Shown piece after piece: positions 10,067 to 19,918 of a stretch of 64,000 nucleotides of DNA. Each line of letters begins with the position of its first letter. Within the stretch, counting starts at the first letter, position 1. The notes below the pieces were generated by a model. The model was given only the letters and a program-made list of their open reading frames with translations. It ran no database searches and was not told the origin of the DNA. The DNA comes from a virus (taxonomy: Duplodnaviria > Heunggongvirae > Uroviricota > Caudoviricetes): positions 1 through 64,000 of IMG/VR virus record IMGVR_UViG_3300045988_145627, one strand, 5' to 3'. Position numbers and translations under genes: made by a program.

Positions 10067-10411
10067 ATGAATATTTCATGGCAAACAGAAATTGCGATCT
10101 ACCGCTTTGGCGCAAAGAACGTTTACGGCGAGGCGCAATTACAATTCGTCAGGAAGACGAATGTCGGCGTGGTTAAGTTCGAACAGAGTAATGAGAAATC
10201 GTCAGTTCGTGCTGATAGCTCTGGTAGTCGTGGTAAGGCGAGTCTGGAGCTGTTTGATGCTGTGTTAGTTGTCCCTTTAGAAGCGGCTGTACAACTTGAT
10301 GATGTGCTGATCCTTGAAGGTCAAAAATTAAAGGTGTCCAGTGTTCATCGCCGCTGGGGGCTACGAGGAAGACCTGGGCATCTTGAAGTGGGGGCGAATA
10401 TATGGGTCTGA
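10067..10411 (+). CDS. hypothetical head-tail joining protein
   Basis: Internal ATG with RBS gggagagag preferred over track start 9971, which overlaps the upstream gene. Confidence 0.35.
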   Translation: MNISWQTEIAIYRFGAKNVYGEAQLQFVRKTNVGVVKFEQSNEKSSVRADSSGSRGKASLELFDAVLVVPLEAAVQLDDVLILEGQKLKVSSVHRRWGLRGRPGHLEVGANIWV

Positions 10412-10875
10412 AATACGATGCGCATCAGTTCAAACGTGCGGGGAATAGACTCAATAACAGCCAGAAAGCATTTAAGCGATATCTTATTCGGGACATGGAA
10501 AAGCTGGCGCGTTTGGTTGAGCGTCTCAGCCGTGCAATGGCCCCGCTGGAAACCGGATCTCTGGAGATAGCCATCTTTGCCAGGGTGATTAAAGAAGGTT
10601 ATTCAGGGCTGCGCATTGAGCTTTCTGTGTCTGGAGCAAAACCACGTCAGGGGCATCCGGGCGTAGAAGTCGGTGACTATGCTAAGTACATGGAGCTGGG
10701 TAAATACCGACTCGGTTATCTTTCTCGAATGAAGAACGTGACAAACCCACCAATTGCCGGTGTTAAACCCCGTGTTGGGCCACACTTTCTGGAAAGAGCG
10801 GTGGAAATTAGCGAGAAGCAGTTCTCAGAAGCGATTCTTGAGGCTGCCAGAAAAGCCGGATTTACGAGAGGTTAA
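10402..10875 (+). CDS. hypothetical neck/tail-completion protein
   Basis: ORF with overlapping start; position. Confidence 0.4.
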   Translation: MGLKYDAHQFKRAGNRLNNSQKAFKRYLIRDMEKLARLVERLSRAMAPLETGSLEIAIFARVIKEGYSGLRIELSVSGAKPRQGHPGVEVGDYAKYMELGKYRLGYLSRMKNVTNPPIAGVKPRVGPHFLERAVEISEKQFSEAILEAARKAGFTRG

Positions 10876-10876
10876 T

Positions 10877-11260
10877 GTGTTTATCGAAGCGTTTGCAAGT
10901 TTGATGCAGAAGGCAAAGATTGGCACGGTCGGGACTGACATTTTCTGTCACTACTTGCCTGCCAATGTGAAATCTGGCGTCCTGCTTATTAACCCAAATA
11001 CCGGTATCAGCATCGATCATGAGCTACAGGGCTTTTATCACGAATCATTCACAATCATTGTGCGTGGTTCGTCAATTACTACGACGGTTGAGAAAGCCAA
11101 TAAAATCATTGAGATGTTTCCAGTAGAGGAAACGGAATCTGGTGGTGTTTATTTTCGACTTGTACGACCGATGGCGATGCCAATCATTTATCCCAAAAAT
11201 GATGGGGCATTAATAGAAGCAGGCATTCCTGTTGAATTTGCTGGCTATTTATTGAATTAA
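10877..11260 (+). CDS. hypothetical tail-completion protein
   Basis: GTG start with RBS gagagg just after previous stop preferred over track start 10754, which overlaps by about 120 nt. Confidence 0.35.
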   Translation: MFIEAFASLMQKAKIGTVGTDIFCHYLPANVKSGVLLINPNTGISIDHELQGFYHESFTIIVRGSSITTTVEKANKIIEMFPVEETESGGVYFRLVRPMAMPIIYPKNDGALIEAGIPVEFAGYLLN

Positions 11261-11334
11261 CTCAATTGGTAAGTATATACTTACTATTAGCGCAATGAAT
11301 GCGTAGAATTAACGGAAAAAGGAGTTTTCCATCA

Positions 11335-12081
11335 ATGTCTAATACCCATGTAAAAAACATCAAACTTGGTGCCTGTAAGGTGTCGTTTGGTGGTGTGGAT
11401 TTGGGTTACACCAAAGGTGGTGTTCAGGTTGAAGTAGCCACTGAAACGCTGAAAGTCACCGTCGATCAGTTGGGGCAGACCGTAATTTCCGAATTAGTTC
11501 AGGGGCGCAACATTACCATCACCGCGCCTCTGGCTGAGTCTGTACTCCAAAACATGGTTGACCTGATGCCTGGTTCTACTCTGAGCGAAGATGACAGCTC
11601 TGTCACGATCACATCTGCACAGGGCGTTAACCTGATTGATGTGGCGAAGGAGCTGGTTCTGACTCCGCAGGACACCACCGACTATGTGTTGACCATCCCG
11701 AAAGCGGCAACCGCGGGCAACTTCACTATGACCTACCAGTCTGATGATGTTCGTGTGTTCTCTGTTCAGTTCAGCGCATACCCGGATGATGAAGGCGTTC
11801 TGGGCAAAATGAGCGGTCCTAAACCGGTAAAAACCGTGTCGATCAAACAGGAATCTCCAACTGTAAAAGCAGGGGAGACTGTGCAACTGACAGTCGAAAT
11901 TACTCCAGCTGATGCCGCAGACAAAACCGGTGTTTGGGAATCCGAAGACCAGAAAAAGGCCACGGTAGATCAAACGGGTCTGGTACGTGGTGTGGCGCAG
12001 GGTTCTACAAATATCTCCTTCACCAGCAATAGCGGTGGTAAGAAGGCAACTAAGTCAGTAACAATTAACCCCGCAGATTAA
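11335..12081 (+). CDS. major tail protein with C-terminal Ig-like domain (lambda gpV-like architecture)
   Basis: ATG at 11335 with RBS aaggag; C-terminal Big_2-like segment TVKAGETVQLTVEITPADAADKTGVWESEDQKKATVDQTG. Confidence 0.65.
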   Translation: MSNTHVKNIKLGACKVSFGGVDLGYTKGGVQVEVATETLKVTVDQLGQTVISELVQGRNITITAPLAESVLQNMVDLMPGSTLSEDDSSVTITSAQGVNLIDVAKELVLTPQDTTDYVLTIPKAATAGNFTMTYQSDDVRVFSVQFSAYPDDEGVLGKMSGPKPVKTVSIKQESPTVKAGETVQLTVEITPADAADKTGVWESEDQKKATVDQTGLVRGVAQGSTNISFTSNSGGKKATKSVTINPAD

Positions 12082-12136
12082 TCAGTAATTAAGCAGAGGC
12101 TCAGGATGGGCCTCTCTTTTAAAAGGATTTTAACCA

Positions 12137-12454
12137 ATGACCAAATTACTCGATCTAGATTCCATTCTGCCTCCGAAGAAAAGCATCAAATTTGGCGGTC
12201 AGGAATATCCCATCGTTGAAATGACGGTAGGTCTGTTCGTTTCCATCAAGCAGATGGAAGGCAAAGATCTCATGAACATGTCTCCTGTTGAGCAAGTGAC
12301 AGCTTATGCAGATCTGGTTCGTAAGGTTATCCCTTCAGTACCTGACGAAGTTCTTGAAAAACTGACTGTTCCGCAACTCCAGCAGATCTTCACCTTCGCT
12401 ATGGAAGTGATTGATGAAGAAAACGAAAAAGCGGCTGGCGAAGGGGCAAAGTAA
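12137..12454 (+). CDS. tail assembly chaperone (G-like)
   Basis: Small acidic ORF between major tail and tape measure genes. Confidence 0.5.
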   Translation: MTKLLDLDSILPPKKSIKFGGQEYPIVEMTVGLFVSIKQMEGKDLMNMSPVEQVTAYADLVRKVIPSVPDEVLEKLTVPQLQQIFTFAMEVIDEENEKAAGEGAK

Positions 12455-12534
12455 TTTCCCGCGATGAATCCGGGACAAGGACCGTCTCAATAGATCTCGG
12501 ATTCTATTTCAGTCGTGTAGTTGCTCACTACGCC

Positions 12535-12804
12535 GTGTCGCCATTAGAGCTACTGAACGTTCCTCTCACGATGTTCTGGATGCTCAGTCGCAATATAGAC
12601 CGTCTGCGTGCGGAAGAGGATGTCCGCAACTTACAAGTCGCTCGTGCGTCCCAGGCGGATGGCGAGGCTGTGAAGGCGTTCATGGAGGGTTTGCAACTCA
12701 GGATTGGAAGACCAGTCGTAACAGATAAAGTCTACGATCCAAGCCAGGATAAGGCAGACCCTGACGCCAAAGAGCAACTGATGCAAATATTTGGCAGAGG
12801 ATGA
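12535..12804 (+). CDS. tail assembly chaperone frameshift extension (T-like), putative
   Basis: -1 frame relative to 12137 ORF stays open back through its 3' end; GAAAAAG run near 12425. Confidence 0.3.
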   Translation: MSPLELLNVPLTMFWMLSRNIDRLRAEEDVRNLQVARASQADGEAVKAFMEGLQLRIGRPVVTDKVYDPSQDKADPDAKEQLMQIFGRG

Positions 12805-12811
12805 CAAGGGA

Positions 12812-15800
12812 ATGTCACAAAACGTAGAGTTTATCCTGTCGCTGGAAGACAAACAGTTTACAGCGTCAATCGATCGTGCGGGGAAACTGCTTACTCGATT
12901 TGGTGAGCAGGTAACAAAGCCTGCTCAAAAAATCCAAACCTTTGAACGCTCTTTGGGTTCGGTCGCCCGTATCATTGGCGTTCTGGAAAGCAAGCTCGAT
13001 TCTACGGCAGATAAACTACAGGATGTAGCTGCCGGTTTTGAGCTTGCTTCAGATGCTACGCGTAAAATGCGTGGCAACATCACCAGCCTCAATTCTGGTC
13101 TTAAAGCCCTGATTGAGCGCGTCGATACGACAGCTTCTTCAGTAGATAAACTCACCGCGTCATTACGTAAAGTGCAATCAGAGCTAAATGATTTCTCTGA
13201 TTGGGCGACCTATGCAAGCAAAAGCGCAAGCCGCTTTGGTACGGAGGTCAAAGAAGCCTCTGCGTCCGTGAGTGGCATGAATACGCGCCTTAATACCACG
13301 ACGAAGCGACTCAGTAATTGGGGTGTCACAACGAGTCAGGCTGCCGAGGGACTGAAAAAGGTTCGTGAGCAGATGGACGAAGTTATCGGACGTCAGCAAC
13401 TGATTAGCAAGCCGGTACGCGTTCGTACATCTGGAAGTGGCGATGGTGGTAGCGAGCGGCGTAGCGGCGCTTCTGGCCATAGCGGTAAAAGTAACGAAGG
13501 AGGTATGTTCTCTGGCCTTCGTGGCAACATTTTCCTGCTTGGCGAGATCGGAGATGCAGCCAGAACGGTTACTGACATCATGTTTGGGTGGCAGAAGCCT
13601 ATTGTTGAAGCTGCGGCCGAAATGGAACGTATGCGGGTGATGCTTCGAGGGTTGAATAAGGAGAAGTCCAACCCTGGCCAGGCTGCCGCCGATGACATGA
13701 AGTACATCGTAGACATGGCTCAAAATGCGCCGTTCGCGATGCAGGCGTTAACAGACTCCTTCGTGAAGTTTCGTTCTGCTGGCTTAGATCCAACCGATGG
13801 TTCTCTGAAGGCGCTGGTGGACTCCGTTGCTCGTTTTGGTGGTGATAGTGAGCTGTTGAAACGTGCGGCTGTGGCCGTTCAGCAGATGTCCGGTAAGGGC
13901 GTTGTGTCAATGGAAGAGCTACGTCAGCAATTAGGTGAAGCCGTTCCTAACGCGATGCAGGCAATGGCAGACGCCGCAGGCATCACTATGGGGGAACTGA
14001 CTAAAGCCGTTGCCAGCGGTACGGTTGAGGCAAAACAGGCGTTGTCTCTGATGTTTGTTGGTCTGCGTGCGGAGAATGAGAACGCAGCGAAAGACATGAT
14101 GCAAACCTACACAGGTGCGCTGGCGCAACTTCAGACGTCATTCACGTTATTTGCTGATCGGGTTGGTCAGGCCGGATATCTGGATTCTCTATCGAAGGGG
14201 ATGAAAGAACTGGCTTCAATCATGAATAGCGCCGAAGGGATTTCGTTTGCCAATTCTTTAGGTTCGGGGTTAACAACGGCAATCGATGGGTTGCGTCAGC
14301 TTGCTCAATGGTTAGCAAAGAACCAAGAGCTGGTAATTAATCTCGGTAAGGTCGTGGCCGCGATGGTTGCGTTCAAACTGATGCGAGCAGGGATCATGGG
14401 GGTAGTTGGCGCTGGGAGCCAGATGGTTAGCACCTTTGCCACGATGGCGACCGCCATACAGACTCCATTTAACCTCGGCGCTACAGCAGTAACTCGATTC
14501 AATCGTGCGGCACGTATGGGGCTGGCTCCGATCCCCTCTCTTATTTTCGCCATCCGTGGGGCGATTACGGGGCTTAAAGGCGCTTTTGCTGGATTAACGG
14601 CGTTCATTGCAGCAAACCCTATAGGGGCAGCATTTACAGTTGCCACAGTAGCTGTTGCTGGCCTAATCACGTACATGACCATGCTCCGCAGCGAAACTTC
14701 AAAGGTCGTTGACGAGATTAGGAAAATACCAGAGGCGATGACGGCGGCCAAACGTGCACAGATGGCGGAGTATAAAGCGCGTCTTGAGCAACAAATCACG
14801 CAAAAGGAACAAGAGTTAAAATCTGGCGAAAAGGTGGTTTATGGGCCGGGTATGGCCGGAACTACAGTAAAGATTAATCAGGATGAACGTAAGCGTATAG
14901 AAAATGAGCTAAATGACCTTCGTAAGAAACGCGATAAAACTACTGGGGCAATTGAACGCGGAGACATTGCCGTAGCCAAACGTCTTGCAAAAGATGCGGC
15001 AGAATCACAGATAGAGAAAATACGGGAAGAGAATAGAGACTTTGCGGCAACATTCGCTAAAGCTCGTCAAGAGGCTCTGGAGAAGATCCAAAAAATCAAT
15101 GATGACGATTCACTTTCTGATGACGAAAAGAACAAACTATTGGCACCGTTACGTGAAACGGTAAACAAAAGCTATCTGAAACCAGCGCAAGAATTGGTTG
15201 ATTCACTTTCTTCTCGTAAGAATGCTGTCGAGAGGCAAATAGCGACCCTTAATGATCAGCTCGAAAAAGCCAAAAAGGATGGAAATACCGAGCAGATTCA
15301 GAAACTGCAAGGCAGTATTCGTGGTTATCAGGAGAATTTGGAAGTCGTTGCTCAGGAACTGACTCAGGCAGAGTTCGAGAGAGATAACGCGGTCAAAACT
15401 GGTAAGGGCGTAATGTCAAACCAGGGGACTGTTCTTGGGTTAGGTACAACTGATAAAGCTGCTCAGAAGGCGCTGGCGCAATATATGCGAAACCAGATGG
15501 ATTCTGCGACTTATCAGCGTACTTTGCCTGACGGCACTCCGATGATGGACTTCGAAGGTAAGCCGATTATTGGACCTAAACAACTCAAGACGCAGCTTAA
15601 TTTGCAGAAAGCATCCAGTGCCAGCTCTCTGGAGAAAATGAGCGATGAAGAGCGTGCCGCAGCCATTGCTGCACTGACTAAAGCTCGTGAACAGGATGCA
15701 GCAGCTGCCGAGAAAGCAGCCCAACGATCAGCTAACGCCTCGCAGCGTGCGGCCAAGAAGGAACAGGCAGCGCAACAGAAACTGGCAGCCGGATATCAGA

Positions 15801-17371
15801 AGGCTCTGGATAAAGCCGATCAGCTTATGGGGCAAATGGGTGAAAGCTCTAAGGCTACGGTATCGTTTGATCAGTCTCTTCGCGATACAACGAAATCGCT
15901 GACAGATTTGGCTAATGCGGTTCCTAACGAGTTCATCACTCAAGAGATGATCGACAAGGCGAAAAAACGTCTTGAAGACCTCAAAAATGCGACACCTGAA
16001 TATCGCGAGATGTTTAATCGCCGCAATGTTGAGCAGATGATCTCCACTTGGGCACCGGAGGCGGATTCCATTATTAGTGCTGGCTATACGCCGTCTCGCG
16101 AAGAGAAAGTTGCTGATTTCGAAGACACCTACAACCGCAATCTCAAAGCGTTGATAGAACTTCGTGATAAGGCGTCTGATCCTAAAGTTGTGGCGCTTTA
16201 TACAAAGAAAATCAATCAACTGATTGCTGCTGGCAATACCGCGCTTATTAAAGAGACAGGGACTGCGACGCAGAAGTTGGCACTGGAATACGAAAACCTG
16301 GCAGAGCAGATCGAAAGCACCTGGACTGATTTGTTTAGTGGCTTAACTGATGTCCTGACTGATTTCGTTATTAACGGGAAGATGAGCTTCTCCAGCCTAT
16401 CTCAGTCCATTTTGAAAGATATCACCAATATGGTCGTGAAGTCGCAGATCACGCTGCCTCTAATGAACATGTTGGGGATGGGAACCACCGCAGCTGGTAG
16501 TTCACAGAGTGGTAATTTGCTGACCGGGGTTGCTTCCGCCGTTGCCAATCAAGGGGTACGAATGGGCAACACTGTTAACGGCGACAAGTCGGTAGGAGAA
16601 GCCACGAAGGAGACGTCCAGTTCGGTAACTGGATTGGGGCAAACAACACAGCAGACCACCAGCGCAATTGGCACTGCAACAAATGCGATTGGTAGCTGGG
16701 TATCAGGGCTATTTGATAGCACTGAAGCCAAAGATGCCGAGACAAAAGCCGTGAAGGACTCCATCTTCTCGATGCAGAACCTCAGCTCTGTTACCGGCGC
16801 GCTGTCTGCCGCGTTTGCAATGCTTGGAGCTAATGCTTCCGGCTCTGGTAATAAGTGGTTGAGTTTTGGAGCAACGGTTGCATCTGGTCTTGTTTCAGCT
16901 TGGGCTGGCGGTGGTTTCGACAGCGTGACATCAAGCTCTGCTAAAACCGCAACCAGCAGTGTGGCTGACGGAACTAAAGGCATTCCTGCAATCCCGAAGT
17001 TTGCAAATGGAGGAATATTCGGAAAAGACGGCGTGATCCCGCTCCGGGCATACCAGAAAGGCGGTATTGCTAACTCGCCTCAATTAGCGTTGTTTGGGGA
17101 AGGTTCTATGAATGAGGCGTATGTTCCATTGCCTGATGGCCGAACAATCCCTGTAACGCTCAGTACCGATGGTATGAGTGGAGGCGGAAATGTTCTTTCT
17201 CCTGTATCAATTGAGATCAACGTCCATAGTGACGGTAGCACGACAGAATCCGGCGATACAGAAAGCATATGGAACAATGCCGCTCAACGGATGAAAGCAA
17301 TCGCGCTTGAGACTATCGCTCAAGAGAAACGCCCTGGCGGATCACTCAACCCAAACACTCAACGTAACTAA
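12812..17371 (+). CDS. tail tape measure protein
   Basis: About 1500 aa, helical, Gly/Ala-rich hydrophobic central segment; ATG at 12812 with RBS aaggga. Confidence 0.85.
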   Translation: MSQNVEFILSLEDKQFTASIDRAGKLLTRFGEQVTKPAQKIQTFERSLGSVARIIGVLESKLDSTADKLQDVAAGFELASDATRKMRGNITSLNSGLKALIERVDTTASSVDKLTASLRKVQSELNDFSDWATYASKSASRFGTEVKEASASVSGMNTRLNTTTKRLSNWGVTTSQAAEGLKKVREQMDEVIGRQQLISKPVRVRTSGSGDGGSERRSGASGHSGKSNEGGMFSGLRGNIFLLGEIGDAARTVTDIMFGWQKPIVEAAAEMERMRVMLRGLNKEKSNPGQAAADDMKYIVDMAQNAPFAMQALTDSFVKFRSAGLDPTDGSLKALVDSVARFGGDSELLKRAAVAVQQMSGKGVVSMEELRQQLGEAVPNAMQAMADAAGITMGELTKAVASGTVEAKQALSLMFVGLRAENENAAKDMMQTYTGALAQLQTSFTLFADRVGQAGYLDSLSKGMKELASIMNSAEGISFANSLGSGLTTAIDGLRQLAQWLAKNQELVINLGKVVAAMVAFKLMRAGIMGVVGAGSQMVSTFATMATAIQTPFNLGATAVTRFNRAARMGLAPIPSLIFAIRGAITGLKGAFAGLTAFIAANPIGAAFTVATVAVAGLITYMTMLRSETSKVVDEIRKIPEAMTAAKRAQMAEYKARLEQQITQKEQELKSGEKVVYGPGMAGTTVKINQDERKRIENELNDLRKKRDKTTGAIERGDIAVAKRLAKDAAESQIEKIREENRDFAATFAKARQEALEKIQKINDDDSLSDDEKNKLLAPLRETVNKSYLKPAQELVDSLSSRKNAVERQIATLNDQLEKAKKDGNTEQIQKLQGSIRGYQENLEVVAQELTQAEFERDNAVKTGKGVMSNQGTVLGLGTTDKAAQKALAQYMRNQMDSATYQRTLPDGTPMMDFEGKPIIGPKQLKTQLNLQKASSASSLEKMSDEERAAAIAALTKAREQDAAAAEKAAQRSANASQRAAKKEQAAQQKLAAGYQKALDKADQLMGQMGESSKATVSFDQSLRDTTKSLTDLANAVPNEFITQEMIDKAKKRLEDLKNATPEYREMFNRRNVEQMISTWAPEADSIISAGYTPSREEKVADFEDTYNRNLKALIELRDKASDPKVVALYTKKINQLIAAGNTALIKETGTATQKLALEYENLAEQIESTWTDLFSGLTDVLTDFVINGKMSFSSLSQSILKDITNMVVKSQITLPLMNMLGMGTTAAGSSQSGNLLTGVASAVANQGVRMGNTVNGDKSVGEATKETSSSVTGLGQTTQQTTSAIGTATNAIGSWVSGLFDSTEAKDAETKAVKDSIFSMQNLSSVTGALSAAFAMLGANASGSGNKWLSFGATVASGLVSAWAGGGFDSVTSSSAKTATSSVADGTKGIPAIPKFANGGIFGKDGVIPLRAYQKGGIANSPQLALFGEGSMNEAYVPLPDGRTIPVTLSTDGMSGGGNVLSPVSIEINVHSDGSTTESGDTESIWNNAAQRMKAIALETIAQEKRPGGSLNPNTQRN

Positions 17372-17413
17372 CTATCGACTGCCCCGGTCGGGGCAGTCTC
17401 ACAAGGATGTGAG

Positions 17414-17749
17414 ATGGAAAGACAAACGTTTAATTGGTATCCAGATTACGAATCTGAAAAAAGCGTAAAACCGAATGTAACGGTACTTAATTTTGGTGAT
17501 GACTACGAGCAGCGACAGGCTCAAGGTCTTAATCGTATTAAAGAAGAATGGTCGTTAACCTTTACCAGATCATACAACGAAATTAATGCAATCGATGACT
17601 TCCTGACTGAGCGAGCAGGCGTTGAGTCGTTCTATTGGGTTAATCCAAGAGGAAAACGGATTGTAGTTGTATGTGACAGTCATACGGTCAAGCGATATCA
17701 GGGGTACGCAGTATTAACCGCTCCATTCAGACAAGTATTTGAGGCTTAA
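17414..17749 (+). CDS. minor tail protein (lambda gpM-like)
   Basis: 111 aa directly after tape measure gene; order M-L-K-I-J follows. Confidence 0.6.
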   Translation: MERQTFNWYPDYESEKSVKPNVTVLNFGDDYEQRQAQGLNRIKEEWSLTFTRSYNEINAIDDFLTERAGVESFYWVNPRGKRIVVVCDSHTVKRYQGYAVLTAPFRQVFEA

Positions 17750-17831
17750 GTATCTGGATAAGTAAGTACTAATTTACTATCATTGTGGCGCTGACAGGAT
17801 GTTAGCGCCTACTTATTTCAAGGATGAAACA

Positions 17832-18530
17832 ATGGGAATTAAAGCTGATATTCAGAGCTTATCTCCCTCTGCACTCATTGAGTTGTTCGTACTGGATATG
17901 TCGAACACAACTTCAGGGGGGAAGCTATTCTTCCACGCCGGAACAAACGAACTGATGCAACCGGTCGTCTGGCAAGGAGTGACATACGAGCCGTGGCCAA
18001 TCAAAGCATCAGGCTTTGACAAAACGGGCCAGGGAACGTTGCCACGTCCAAAAATTCAGGTATCGAACTTTGCCGGAACCGTCTCTGCGGAAGTTCAGGC
18101 AAACGACGATCTTGTTGGCTGCCGCATTATTCGCAAGATGACGCTGGCTCGCTTCCTCGATGCCGTTAATTTTAAAGACGGTAATCCAACAGCAGATCCA
18201 AACCAACATTTCCCGGATGAAATGTGGTTTATCGAACAGAAAACGCTCGAAACTCATCAGGTTGTCGAGTTTGAGTTGTCCAGTGTGTTCGATTTGATGG
18301 GGGTGCAACTGCCGTATCGTCAGATCATTAAAAACACCTGCCCGTGGAAATACCGAGGGCCAGAATGCGGCTATACCGGTCCATATTTCGACAAAAATAA
18401 CCAGCAGACGTCTATGTCTGGTGCTGATTACTGCACAAAACGTTATGACGCCTGTAATGCGCGTCGGAATTATTTTGCCAACGGAGTGATCCATTTTGGC
18501 GGGTTTATTGGAGCTACGCGATATGGGTAA
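17832..18530 (+). CDS. minor tail protein (lambda gpL-like)
   Basis: C-terminal Cys cluster CPWKYRGPECGY...YCTKRYDACN; ATG at 17832. Confidence 0.65.
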   Translation: MGIKADIQSLSPSALIELFVLDMSNTTSGGKLFFHAGTNELMQPVVWQGVTYEPWPIKASGFDKTGQGTLPRPKIQVSNFAGTVSAEVQANDDLVGCRIIRKMTLARFLDAVNFKDGNPTADPNQHFPDEMWFIEQKTLETHQVVEFELSSVFDLMGVQLPYRQIIKNTCPWKYRGPECGYTGPYFDKNNQQTSMSGADYCTKRYDACNARRNYFANGVIHFGGFIGATRYG

Positions 18531-19320
18531 TAAAGCAATCCCTGAGCTTGGCTCTGATGTTATGCAGCAAATCTATCTCTGCGCCATAAATCGCTACCCT
18601 AATGAAGCGTGTGGCTTTCTGGTGAGAACTAATGGCGACAAATATCGCTTTATGGAAGCGCGAAATGTTTCGGAGAACCCGCAGAACACTTTTGTAATGC
18701 ACGTTGACGACATTATAGCGGCAGAGGATGCAGGTGACGTAATCGCAATCTGGCATTCACATACTGATGAATCAGCAGAAGCATCTGATGCCGATCGTGC
18801 AGGCTGTGAAGCGACGGAAGTTCCGTGGATGATTCTGGCTATTCGCAAGAATGTTGAGGGAGATGCCCCTTTCCATTTTAGCGAGATGAATGTGATCACA
18901 CCTGATGGTTTCGAAATGCCATACCTGGGTAGACCGTATGTATTTGGCGTATTCGATTGCTGGATGTTGTGTCGGGACTATTTGAAGCGTGAGTTTAACG
19001 TCGAGCTTAACCCGAACGCACACCTGCATATTCCATCGTGGTACACCGGCGATAACGACATTCTCGACCAGAACTACCGAAACGAAGGGTTGGTACGGCT
19101 TGCGCCTGGAACAGAGCCTCAACGTGGGGACGTCTTCTTTATTCAATACGGGAAAATGCCAGATCACTGCGCGGTTTATATCGGCGATGGAATGATTCTT
19201 CATCACCAGATCGACCGTCTTAGTTGTCGTGCTTATTACGGCGGAATGTATCAGAAACATACGACGCATCACTTGCGTCACAGAGACTTGCTCAAGGGAG
19301 ATGAGACGTGTCTGAGTTAG
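18523..19320 (+). CDS. tail tip protein (lambda gpK-like) with MPN/JAMM and NlpC/P60 motifs
   Basis: IWHSHTDESAEASDAD (HxH...D) and FDCWMLCRDY catalytic-Cys context. Confidence 0.7.
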   Translation: MGNKAIPELGSDVMQQIYLCAINRYPNEACGFLVRTNGDKYRFMEARNVSENPQNTFVMHVDDIIAAEDAGDVIAIWHSHTDESAEASDADRAGCEATEVPWMILAIRKNVEGDAPFHFSEMNVITPDGFEMPYLGRPYVFGVFDCWMLCRDYLKREFNVELNPNAHLHIPSWYTGDNDILDQNYRNEGLVRLAPGTEPQRGDVFFIQYGKMPDHCAVYIGDGMILHHQIDRLSCRAYYGGMYQKHTTHHLRHRDLLKGDETCLS

Positions 19321-19901
19321 TTCATGTGCAGCTTGGCGGACCTATGGCTAAACATTTTGGTCGCCACTGGCATCTAAAGGTGCGCAATACAAAACAGGCT
19401 CTGGATTTAATTGAAGCCAACAAGCCTGGGTTTAAAGCATGGATGAAGCGCAATATCAAAACCTATGACAGTTACCACATCCAGATCACCAATAAACAGG
19501 GCCACAAGTGGTCTGTTGACGAAAGTGAATATCAGATGATGGGGCAGTCTGACAACATTGCCAAAATCCGCATTACACCTGTTCCGCGAGGAAGCGGTGG
19601 ATCTGCTTTTGGGTGGTTTCAGACGGTAGTAGGGGCCGCTTTGTTGGTTGTATCGGCGGTAGTGATGCCTGCTTTAGCACCTCTCGGTTTGTCACTGATG
19701 ATGGGCGGCATATCACAAATCATATCGCCGCAAGCCACTAACGAAAGTGTGAGACAGGCAGATAACTCGAACTCTTATTATTTCGACGGCCCTCAAAATA
19801 CAGAAAACCAGGGCAACCCAGTACAACTTATCTATGGCGAGGAAATTCTGGTTGGCTCACAGGTTGTGAGTTCTTCAATCACGATTGACCAGCTAATGTA
19901 A
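19308..19901 (+). CDS. tail assembly protein (lambda gpI-like)
   Basis: GTG start overlapping K stop; hydrophobic C-terminal half; position before J. Confidence 0.55.
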   Translation: MSELVHVQLGGPMAKHFGRHWHLKVRNTKQALDLIEANKPGFKAWMKRNIKTYDSYHIQITNKQGHKWSVDESEYQMMGQSDNIAKIRITPVPRGSGGSAFGWFQTVVGAALLVVSAVVMPALAPLGLSLMMGGISQIISPQATNESVRQADNSNSYYFDGPQNTENQGNPVQLIYGEEILVGSQVVSSSITIDQLM

Positions 19902-19918
19902 ACAAGGATTTTTTGAAC

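Noticed and set aside
13184-16983. Antisense and alternate-frame ORFs within the tape measure gene (for example 13184-13723, 14305-14799, 15728-16219, 16549-16983)
   Set aside because: Fully nested in a 4.5-kb ORF with clear tape-measure character; no RBS or independent support.
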